This document shows, in pieces, positions 56,441-64,000 of a DNA stretch of 64,000 bases; the first letter of the stretch is position 1, and each line of letters opens with the position of its first letter. This stretch comes from an uncultured Actinomycetota bacterium. Its GTDB lineage: Bacteria; Actinomycetota; Actinomycetes; Propionibacteriales; Propionibacteriaceae. Location: assembly GCA_963723475.1 (NCBI GenBank), contig CAVRQV010000015.1, forward strand, positions 102,263 to 166,262, given 5' to 3'. The notes under the pieces were generated by a model. It saw nothing but the letters and a program-made list of their open reading frames with translations, ran no database searches and was not told where the DNA came from. Both the position numbers and the translations under genes were made by a program.

Positions 56441-56889
56441 ATGAGCGAGTCAACAGGGGGGCCCAGCGAGGGTGTCTCCGATCTCGAGGGTCCGGCCGAC
56501 GGCGGCGCCGAGGGGATCGCCGGCATCCGAGACGGCGGAGCCGACGGTAGCGCCGACGGCGGCGCGACGGTGGAGCGACGGCGGCGCCGACGGCGGAGCA
56601 GACGGCGGAGCGACGGCGGCGCAGACGGTGGCGCAGACGGCGGAGCCGACGGCGGAGCAGACGGTGGCGCGGAGCAGTGGAGCGATGGCGGCGCAGACGG
56701 CGGCGCAGACGGCGGAGGGGCGGCAGACGGCGGAGCAGACGGTGGAGCAGACGGCGGCGCAGACGGCGGAGCAGACGGTGGCGCCGATGGCGGAGCAGAC
56801 GGTGGCGCAGACGGCGGAGCCGATGGCGGCGCAGACGGCGGAGCAGACGGCGGAGCGACGGTGGCGCAGATGGCGGAGCCGTTCGCTGA
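56441..56889 (+). CDS. Small Gly/Ala/Asp repeat peptide: about 30-aa acidic leader plus ~29 (DGGA) repeats ending GGAVR (indels obscure the frame)
   Basis: AGGGAG RBS, ATG at 56441; 12-nt units GAY GGN GGN GCN; restoring single missing bases gives a stop at TGA 56887-56889. Confidence 0.75.
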
Positions 56890-58084
56890 GGGTTCTGTCC
56901 TCGCTCGACTGGTTGCCGTAGACCGCGATCAGTTCGCACGTGAGTACTGGGGACAGGAACCGTTGCTGTCTCCGGCCGCCGATCTTCCCGGCGGGTTTAC
57001 CGAACTGCTCGATGCGAACGCAATCGACGAGCTTGTGTCGCAGCGAGGTCTGCGCACCCCCTTTCTTCGGGTCGCCAGGGACGGCACAACCCTCGCCGAC
57101 AAAGCCTTCACCGCACCCGGCGGCGTTGGCGCAGGAATAGCCGACCAGGTCAGCGATGACAGGCTCGTACGACTGTTTGCCGACGGCTCGACGCTGGTGC
57201 TGCAAGCCTTGCATCGGGTTTGGCCGCCCATTCTCGAGTTCTGTCAGAAGCTGGCCGCCGAGATGGGCCATCCGGTCCAGGCCAACGCGTACGTCACCCC
57301 GCCTCAGAACCAGGGCTTCAGCGCTCACTACGACGTACACGACGTCTTTGTCCTGCAGCTTGAAGGCGAGAAGCGGTGGCGGATCCATCGGCCTGTGCTG
57401 GCCTCGCCGCTACGCGATCAGCCGTGGAGCGACCGCAGATCTGACATTGAGCAACGGGCGGAAGAAGCCCCGCTGATGGAGAGGTTGCTCAAGCCCGGCG
57501 ACTGCCTCTATCTTCCCCGCGGATATCTCCACGCTGCCACGGCGCTCGGCGGTGTGAGTACCCACCTGACCATCGGCATCCATGTCTGGACTCGCTTCGC
57601 GATGGCTCAGCAGCTCGTGCACCAAGCCTTGCGGGCCCTGGCGGACGATCCAGTGATGCGGGCGTCCCTGCCGCTCGGAGTCGACGTGTCCGACCCGAGT
57701 GAGATGCGCCAGGATTTCGATGTGGTTGCTGCCGTGCTGGCGGACGCCGTCAAGCACACAGATCTTGATCAGATGTCCGAGTCGCTGTTGCAGGATGCGC
57801 AGTCAAACCAGCGTGCGGCGCCGATTGGCCCACTCAAACAGCTTCGTGATGCCGATGCGATCACGGTCGATACCCAGCTTGTGCTCCGCCGTTATCTGGC
57901 CGCCTCTGTTGATCACACCGGATCGCACATCCTGGTGCGCAGTCGCGCCGGGGATATGGCGGTGGCCGAGAACGATGTTGGGCCGCTCAAGGCGCTACTG
58001 ACCAACGGCGTAGCGACTGCTGGTGATCTGGGCCTGGATCTGGCACGGCGGCTGCTGCTCGCCGGCCTGGCTATTGCGGAGTGA
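56870..58084 (+). CDS. JmjC (cupin_4, ROX/NO66/YcfD-like) Fe(II)/2-oxoglutarate oxygenase
   Basis: FAREYWGQEPL, ANAYVTPP, GFSAHYDVHDVFVLQLEGEKRW, PGDCLYLPRGYLHAA, HLTIG (HxD...H triad). Confidence 0.9.
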   Translation: MAEPFAEGSVLARLVAVDRDQFAREYWGQEPLLSPAADLPGGFTELLDANAIDELVSQRGLRTPFLRVARDGTTLADKAFTAPGGVGAGIADQVSDDRLVRLFADGSTLVLQALHRVWPPILEFCQKLAAEMGHPVQANAYVTPPQNQGFSAHYDVHDVFVLQLEGEKRWRIHRPVLASPLRDQPWSDRRSDIEQRAEEAPLMERLLKPGDCLYLPRGYLHAATALGGVSTHLTIGIHVWTRFAMAQQLVHQALRALADDPVMRASLPLGVDVSDPSEMRQDFDVVAAVLADAVKHTDLDQMSESLLQDAQSNQRAAPIGPLKQLRDADAITVDTQLVLRRYLAASVDHTGSHILVRSRAGDMAVAENDVGPLKALLTNGVATAGDLGLDLARRLLLAGLAIAE

Positions 58085-58989
58085 GTCAGCCAGATCCGGC
58101 GTTCCGGTGCGCGGACGCAGCGCGCCTACGAGAGGATCCACTGGCCGGTTCGGCGCCTCCGGCGCGCCGCTGGCTGCTGCTGGAGCACCCGGGTCCCTGG
58201 CGGATCGACGCCATCGCCGGCGCTGGAATTGACCCCGATGTCCTTTCGACGTTGCTAGCGAAGGCCGGCTCGGCAACGCGAGTCCTGCTCATTCGACGAC
58301 CTGGACGGATCGACCGGCGCGCAGTACGCCGCTGGATCGTCGCTGGGCTCGACTGGACGACGGTCACCGGCCGCTGGCAGGACGATCACGATCTGTTGGA
58401 GGCTGCCGACGCCCTGATCGCTGGCTCCCCGCCGTCGGCTGAACCACCCCAGCCTCTGATCCTTGTCTGCGCGCACGGCGTCCATGACGTCTGTTGCGCG
58501 CTTCGAGGCCGACCAGTGGCGCTGGAGCTGGCATCCCGATGGCCGGAGCAAGTTTGGGAATGCAGCCATATCGGCGGGGACCGGTTCGCTCCGAATGTGG
58601 TGCTGCTGCCCGACGGCTTCTACTACGGCAATCTCGACCCGGCCAGCGCGATAGATACTGTCGAAGCTCACCTGGCCGGTACCGTGCTGACTGACCGGCT
58701 CCGCGGCATGGCACGCTACCTGCCGCCCGTGCAGGCCGCCGCGATCGCCGCGTACCAACGCTACGGACCGCTCGGCCCCTCAGACGTGATCGTTCGGGCC
58801 ACCGAACACATCGGGCCGCACCAGGGGCACGGGTCGGAGACCATCGTCGATCTCGTGATCAAACCTGGGCAGCGAATGGTCAGGGTACGAGTCCTGTCGG
58901 TGCGACGTCCTGACGCCCGGCTGACCTGCCGCGCACCACGCGAGACGCCGGCCACGGAATACCGGATCATTGACTTCTCGCTAAGCTGA
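58081..58989 (+). CDS. Sucrase/ferredoxin-like (thioredoxin-like [2Fe-2S]) protein
   Basis: WLLLEHPGPW, LVCAHGVHDVCCALRG, WECSHIGGDRFAPN, GFYYG; GTGA overlap with the oxygenase gene. Confidence 0.88.
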   Translation: MSQPDPAFRCADAARLREDPLAGSAPPARRWLLLEHPGPWRIDAIAGAGIDPDVLSTLLAKAGSATRVLLIRRPGRIDRRAVRRWIVAGLDWTTVTGRWQDDHDLLEAADALIAGSPPSAEPPQPLILVCAHGVHDVCCALRGRPVALELASRWPEQVWECSHIGGDRFAPNVVLLPDGFYYGNLDPASAIDTVEAHLAGTVLTDRLRGMARYLPPVQAAAIAAYQRYGPLGPSDVIVRATEHIGPHQGHGSETIVDLVIKPGQRMVRVRVLSVRRPDARLTCRAPRETPATEYRIIDFSLS

Positions 58990-59098
58990 CCAGCTAGTTT
59001 CGCGTGCCCGGCAAGTGGTCAGAAACGACATGAAATCGGCTGAATATCCTGTTGTTAGCGACCAGTTACCTGATGATCGACTCTGAGGAGAAAGACCG

Positions 59099-59548
59099 TT
59101 GCCGGTCTTGCATGTTTCCGTCACCTCACCCCTTTCGCCTCAGGAGGCCCTGCGACGGCTTACCGATTTCAGCCCGGCGAGAGCTGAGGCATGGGCGGGT
59201 GTCGACGACAACAACCTGATCGTCCACAGCAAGGGCGACGGCTGGGCGGAGGTCACTGAGGGCAACAAGCTCGCTTGGGAGCGGGAACGGTATACCTGGG
59301 ATGCTCCGGCCGGCACGGTCTCGGCAGTCACCGTGAGCTCCAACATCTGGGCACCCGGCAGCGGCTGGAACTACACGATCCTGCCTGACGGCACCGGCAG
59401 CCGGGTCGAGGTCACGGCGGTTCGGAAGGGCTACGGAATCAGGGGAAAGCTCGTCGGGGCTCTGTTGTCGCTGATCGGCGAGCGCTTGATCACCTCGAGC
59501 ACGACAGCTGCGCTGGCCGCTCGCCTAAATCATGTGCATGCCACATAG
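59099..59548 (+). CDS. SRPBCC/polyketide-cyclase-like protein
   Basis: LTDFSPARAEAW, AEVTEG..AWERERYTW, SNIWAPGSGW; GAGGAG RBS. Confidence 0.7.
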   Translation: MPVLHVSVTSPLSPQEALRRLTDFSPARAEAWAGVDDNNLIVHSKGDGWAEVTEGNKLAWERERYTWDAPAGTVSAVTVSSNIWAPGSGWNYTILPDGTGSRVEVTAVRKGYGIRGKLVGALLSLIGERLITSSTTAALAARLNHVHAT

Positions 59549-59688
59549 GCATGGCCACTCTGCAGCGTCGCGTCTATCGTTCGGGAAGCTGTGGCTGACC
59601 GACTCGCCGGAATCGTGCGAGCCGATCCTCTCGCTGTGGCGGCCTCCTGATCCTCGGCTGTGTCAGCTGTCGCGAATAGGGTCAGTCC

Positions 59689-60081
59689 ATGAGCGACCCG
59701 ACGTTCGAGCACCGCAACGGCATGGAGATCGCCACCTTCGCCGATGCATTGCAGTGGGAAGCCTGGTTGGCCGCGCATGGCTCGGAACGCCGAGAGATCT
59801 GGATGAGGATCGCCCGTGCGGACTCCGGACACACGACCGTCACCGCGGACCAGGCGCTGGACGTCTGCCTGTGCTACGGCTGGATCGACAGCCAGCGTCG
59901 AAGTGACGAGGGCGGCTATTTCCTCCAGCGGTACTCACCCCGCCGCGCAGGTAGCCCGTGGTCAAAGATCAACGCTGCCAAGGTGGAGGCACTGCTCGCG
60001 GCGGGAAGGATGCAGCCGGCAGGGCTGGCAGAAGTTGCGGCCGCAAAGGCGACCGGGCGGTGGCCAGCCGACCTCGGCTGA
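59689..60081 (+). CDS. YdeI/OmpD-associated family protein (N-terminal domain only)
   Basis: WEAWLAAH, LCYGWIDS, RYSPRR..SPWSKIN, GRMQPAGLAEVAAAKATGRW. Confidence 0.82.
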   Translation: MSDPTFEHRNGMEIATFADALQWEAWLAAHGSERREIWMRIARADSGHTTVTADQALDVCLCYGWIDSQRRSDEGGYFLQRYSPRRAGSPWSKINAAKVEALLAAGRMQPAGLAEVAAAKATGRWPADLG

Positions 60082-60254
60082 ATATGGCCAAGCGCACATG
60101 GCCGTCACACGCTGATTCAGGCTCCAGAATCGGGCGCGGTCTGGGCAGCCCATAGGTCTGGCTTGGGGGCGGCATCCGGCATGCCAGAAGCCATGTTTTG
60201 ATGGCGTGATGCGTTGCGGTCCAGCGACGCAAGCTGATCTGAGGAGGTTCAGGC

Positions 60255-60815
60255 GTGGCCAAATTGATCTATGCCGCGATTACCTCGCTCGACGGATATG
60301 TGGCGGACACCGAGGGCAACTTCGATTGGAGCGCCCCGGACGAAGAGGTGCATCGGTTCGTCAACGAGCTCGAGCGGCCGATCGGCACACACCTGTACGG
60401 GCGTCGGATGTATGAGGTCATGCGCTATTGGGAGACCGCATCGACCGGCAATGACGGGCCGTCAGCGGAGCAGGAGTACGCGAAGATCTGGCAGGCAGCC
60501 GACAAGATCATCTACTCCAAGAGTCTGGAGCAGGTGTCCAGCGCCCGAACACGAATCGAGCGGGACTTCGACCGCCAAGCGATCCAGCAACTCAAAGCGG
60601 CTGCTACTCGCGACCTCTCGGTGAGCGGTCCCACCCTCGCGGCTCAGGCGATCAAGCTCGGGCTGGTCGACGAGTGTCATCTGTTCCTCTCCCCCATCGT
60701 GGTGGGAGGAGGCAATCCAGCACTGCCCGACAATGTCCGGCTACGGCTTGAGTTGCTGGACGAGCGGCGGTTCGGCAACGACGTCGTCTATCTCCACTAC
60801 CACGTCAAGGCGTGA
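60255..60815 (+). CDS. Dihydrofolate reductase-like (RibD C-terminal) protein
   Basis: SLDGY, LYGRRMYE, GLVDE, PIVVGGG, FGNDVVYLHY. Confidence 0.9.
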   Translation: MAKLIYAAITSLDGYVADTEGNFDWSAPDEEVHRFVNELERPIGTHLYGRRMYEVMRYWETASTGNDGPSAEQEYAKIWQAADKIIYSKSLEQVSSARTRIERDFDRQAIQQLKAAATRDLSVSGPTLAAQAIKLGLVDECHLFLSPIVVGGGNPALPDNVRLRLELLDERRFGNDVVYLHYHVKA

Positions 60816-60868
60816 CTTGCTTTTATGACGTTGTTGGGCACGGACCCACCACATCAGTGATGATCGGC

Positions 60869-61648
60869 TCACCCGAACAGAACGACCCGGCGTTCGGGGC
60901 TGCGTAGCGTGCGGCCGACAACCGCCACCACCATGATCACGATCGCAAGCACCGAGGCGTTGCGTATTGAATGTGAGTTGGTGGCCAGGGCCACCGCCAG
61001 CAACGCCCAGCAGGCAGTCAACAGGAAGCCGAGGACGGCAACCAGCCGGGAGACGACGAAGAGCGACATGATGGTGGCGCTCAGGACCAGCACCACCCCG
61101 ATCTCATTCACCCAACGTGCGGACGCGGGCATACCCCAGGAGCGGAATGTGGTGGCAAAGCCGGCTGCCGTCACCAAGGTCGCCCACCCGAGATAGAGCA
61201 TTACCGGCAGCCGCAGCAAGATTTCCTCCGCGGTAGTGGGCGCGGGCCCGACAACCAGGAAGCCCCGGGCGGCGAAAACCAAACAAACGACCAAGATCAC
61301 CAACAGAATCTGGGCGAGCCAGATGACACCCGTTCCGAAGATCAGCACTGAGACCGCATTGGCGAGGAATCCACCGGCTAACCACCAACCCGTACGCCGA
61401 TGCACCCGGCGCTCCTGCTGGCTTGGCAGGACCTGATACACGGCCAGCGCCAGGCAACCCACATAGACCAGTCCCCAGACATAGAAGGAGTAGTCGGCCG
61501 GCGTAACGGGACTGGTATTGGCCTCAGAGATCTCCCTTGTGTGCGAGCCCGGTCCGAGCGCCCAGGTGGTAAAAGGCACTGCCACGGTCTGAAGGACCGC
61601 CGTCACGGCGACAAAGACGACGCGTAAGCGATCACTCGTGCGAGCCAT
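60869..61648 (-). CDS. TspO/MBR-like tryptophan-rich membrane protein
   Basis: TPADYSFYVWGLVY, AVYQ, LYLGWATLVT; multiple TM segments. Confidence 0.7.
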   Translation of the reverse strand: MARTSDRLRVVFVAVTAVLQTVAVPFTTWALGPGSHTREISEANTSPVTPADYSFYVWGLVYVGCLALAVYQVLPSQQERRVHRRTGWWLAGGFLANAVSVLIFGTGVIWLAQILLVILVVCLVFAARGFLVVGPAPTTAEEILLRLPVMLYLGWATLVTAAGFATTFRSWGMPASARWVNEIGVVLVLSATIMSLFVVSRLVAVLGFLLTACWALLAVALATNSHSIRNASVLAIVIMVVAVVGRTLRSPERRVVLFG

Positions 61649-61827
61649 GGGCCACATTCTGCCCGTCGACGTGGGCCGGTGCTTCGAATGCGAGGAGAAG
61701 CAGCCGATTCGCAATCGCCGACCTCAAGTTGGTTCGCAGCCGGGCGCAAGCGCGGCGCAAAAGGGGTTCGGCGCCGGTAAAGGTGGCAGGCCGCTTATGC
61801 CTGTTCTGGGTTAGAAAGGAGTGTCTG

Positions 61828-62403
61828 ATGGCAAGGTTTGCTCCTCGATCGGCGGCGCTGCTTGGGTGTTCGCTGATTTTTGCTTTCGTGACCGCCTGCG
61901 GGAGCGGCTCGGATTCGCAGCCGACGGAAAGCACTGCGTCCGCCTCCGCTGCAACAACACGAGCGGCCGCCGCACCGAGCGATTCGCTTCTCCCGGATGG
62001 CACATACCGCACGCCGGACTTGACCCGTGAACAGCTGATCGCCGCAGGAGTGAAGGCTGGCTTCACCCGGGCGCAAGCCGAGGAAGCTTTGGCGCGGGAC
62101 CGCATTAACCAGACCGCGACCTTTACCCTCAAGATCGAGCGCGGGCAGTGGACTCAGTCCTTCACCTATGACGGCATCCGTGAGGGGATCGGCTTCGAGG
62201 CAACCTACAAGGTCATGGACCACAGCACAGTCGTCGTTACCGAAACGTGGAGTGGTGACGAGACTGTATTCGAGTACGTGCTGGAGGGAGATGCCATCCG
62301 GATCAGTTTCAAGAGCGTCGATCCACAGCGAATGTGCCAGCGCGACACCAAGTGCCCGATGGGCTTCATCGTGTGGGAAAGCGCCCCGTTCAGCCGGGTC
62401 TAG
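61828..62403 (+). CDS. Lipoprotein of unknown function
   Basis: AAAGGAG RBS; signal peptide with lipobox VTA-C, S/T/A linker, 144-aa domain duplicated at 63198-63632. Confidence 0.8.
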   Translation: MARFAPRSAALLGCSLIFAFVTACGSGSDSQPTESTASASAATTRAAAAPSDSLLPDGTYRTPDLTREQLIAAGVKAGFTRAQAEEALARDRINQTATFTLKIERGQWTQSFTYDGIREGIGFEATYKVMDHSTVVVTETWSGDETVFEYVLEGDAIRISFKSVDPQRMCQRDTKCPMGFIVWESAPFSRV

Positions 62404-62470
62404 CTGTCACACCGCCTGCGGGCGCCAGACCGAGCACCAAAACTGAACGTCGCACGAACGAGGGGACGAG

Positions 62471-62971
62471 GTGGATAACGTCGAGGAGTACCGCTGGATG
62501 TTCGCGACTGAGTACCCCGCGGTCGTCCGGACGGTCTACCTCGTGCTTCACGACTACTCTCGCTCGGAGGAAATCACCCAAGACGCGTTCGTCCAGCTTC
62601 TGCGGCACTGGAACAAAGTGCGGCGCTACGAGGCCCCTGGGGCGTGGGTGCGGCGGGTCGCGATCCGGCTCGCGACCCGCGACGCCAAGCGCGAGCAGCG
62701 CCGTGCCGCATTGACTCGCGAAACAATCGTCCAAAATCGGGTGGAACCGTCACCAGCCGCGAATACGGACCCCGACCTCACCGCCGCGATCAAGAGTCTC
62801 CCCGCCCAGCAGCGAGCCGTGGTCGTGCTCTTCTACTTCGAGGATCGGCCGATGGAAGAGATCGCCGAGATCACCGGCTGCTCGGTATCGACCGGCTGGG
62901 TCCACCTGCATCGCGCCCGGAAGCGACTCGGCACGTTGCTCTCGGAGGAGGTGACCAACGATGTCCATTGA
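62471..62971 (+). CDS. ECF-family RNA polymerase sigma factor
   Basis: EEITQDAF, WVRRVAIRL (region 2); LPAQQRAVVVL.YFED..EEIAEITG.SVST...HLHRAR (region 4). Confidence 0.9.
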   Translation: MDNVEEYRWMFATEYPAVVRTVYLVLHDYSRSEEITQDAFVQLLRHWNKVRRYEAPGAWVRRVAIRLATRDAKREQRRAALTRETIVQNRVEPSPAANTDPDLTAAIKSLPAQQRAVVVLFYFEDRPMEEIAEITGCSVSTGWVHLHRARKRLGTLLSEEVTNDVH

Positions 62972-63632
62972 CCGCCGTCTGCGCGAGGGGTTGCGGGAGT
63001 CCGCCGATGCGCTGATCCCTGAGCCGCTCGCCGCCTTGCACGCCGTCGAACGCAAGGCTCGACGGCAGCGGCGGCGGATCCTCGTCGTCCGGCTGGCTGC
63101 TGCGGCTGCGGCAATTGCGCTGGTCCTGGTCGGGCTGCCGTGGTCCGTGACTCAGCTGCGTGGCCCCGTTGCCGGCTCCCCTGCGCCAACACCGCCGGCC
63201 GCACCGAGTGATTCGCTTCTCCCGGAGGGCACATACCGAACGCCGGGGCTGACCCGCGAGCAGCTGATCGCCACGGGAGTGAAGGCTGGCTTCACTCGGG
63301 CGCAAGCCGAGCAAGCACTGGCGGCGGACCGCATTAACCAGACCGCCACCTTTACCCTCAAGATCGAGCGCGGGCAGTGGACCCAGTCCTTCACCTATGA
63401 CGGCATCCGTGAGGGGATCGGCTTCGAGGCAACGTATGAGGTAATCGACCAGAGCACAGTCGTCGTTACCGAAACGTGGAGTGGTGACGAGACTGTATTC
63501 GATTACGTGCTGGAGCGAGATGCCATCCGGATCAGGTTCAAGAATCCCGATCCACAGCAAATGTGCCAGGGCGACACCAAATGCCCGATGGGCTTCATCG
63601 TCTGGGAGAGCGCGCCGTTCAGCCGGGTCTAG
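62961..63632 (+). CDS. Putative single-pass anti-sigma factor
   Basis: Overlaps the sigma gene; IDRRLREGLRESA...RRQRRR N-terminus, TM helix, Pro linker, extracytoplasmic domain. Confidence 0.7.
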   Translation: MSIDRRLREGLRESADALIPEPLAALHAVERKARRQRRRILVVRLAAAAAAIALVLVGLPWSVTQLRGPVAGSPAPTPPAAPSDSLLPEGTYRTPGLTREQLIATGVKAGFTRAQAEQALAADRINQTATFTLKIERGQWTQSFTYDGIREGIGFEATYEVIDQSTVVVTETWSGDETVFDYVLERDAIRIRFKNPDPQQMCQGDTKCPMGFIVWESAPFSRV

Positions 63633-63675
63633 TGCGTGAGCAGGCGGTCTTCCGACACATACCGCCGCGGCCTAA

Positions 63676-64000
63676 CTACCGGAGGGGTCGGATGGCATCG
63701 CCCGCACGTACCGTGCCGGATGCGAGCACCCGTACGTGCATGCCCCGCCGACGCAGTTGCCGGCCGACCCGACTGTTGGCCCATTGCAGCGAATCAGCGC
63801 CGAACCGGCCCGCGAACTTCGCGCATCCGGTGTGCGGTGGCTCGGTCACCTCGGCTACCGCCTCGCCGATCTGAAGCCGAGTGCCCGCAGGCAGGTTTTC
63901 GATCGAAATGTCGAGGTCGACGATCAGCTGATCTCCTGCAAGCTGCCAGCGGTCGCGGTCGCCCGCAACGGTGGCCAGCACCCGGCTGTTCATGATCGTG
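63676..64000 (-). CDS. MOSC-domain protein (5' truncated by window edge)
   Basis: MNSRV, LAGDQL.VDLD, EVTEPPHTGCAKF..RFG, RRGM..RVL..GTVRAGD. Confidence 0.85.
   Translation of the reverse strand, partial: TIMNSRVLATVAGDRDRWQLAGDQLIVDLDISIENLPAGTRLQIGEAVAEVTEPPHTGCAKFAGRFGADSLQWANSRVGRQLRRRGMHVRVLASGTVRAGDAIRPLR

Larger units (their letters stand above)
61969..63632 (+). repeat. 435-bp direct duplication (61969-62403 and 63198-63632)
   Basis: The two encoded 144-aa domains differ at 15 positions by manual alignment. Confidence 0.95.

Noticed and set aside
56346-56939. Arg-rich or AQTA-repeat ORFs in other frames and on the minus strand
   Set aside because: Shadows of the DGGA repeat; only the DGGA frame has an RBS and third-position variation

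Overview
High-GC actinobacterial chromosome segment; gene content and order resemble Propionibacteriales or Nocardioidaceae (inference). It carries the conserved housekeeping backbone tgt-rsmE-dnaJ-hrcA / hemW / lepA / rpsT / holA / comEC-comEA-degV / leuS / galE / amt-glnK-glnD, interleaved with accessory genes. Many single-base indels break otherwise intact genes, including lepA, holA and the end of rpsT, so the sequence probably contains long-read errors and most frameshifts should not be read as pseudogenes. Best candidate for an undescribed system: a three-gene operon at 56441-58989. It encodes a small peptide with an acidic leader and about 29 (DGGA) repeats, a JmjC/ROX-type Fe(II)/2-oxoglutarate oxygenase and a sucrase/ferredoxin-like Fe-S protein, an arrangement reminiscent of a RiPP-like peptide-modification system. 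Other notable signals: near-identical promoter architecture (paired DnaA-box-like motifs 30 bp apart, about 50 bp upstream of leaderless starts) at comEA and a DUF4192 gene; an ECF sigma locus whose lipoprotein and anti-sigma-like protein share a ~90% identical 144-aa domain; a G-U-rich structured sRNA candidate; a 165-bp MITE inside a dead methyltransferase gene; a leuS leader-peptide attenuator; a REP-like repeat family; and a possible SPFH + NusA-KH-like fusion protein.
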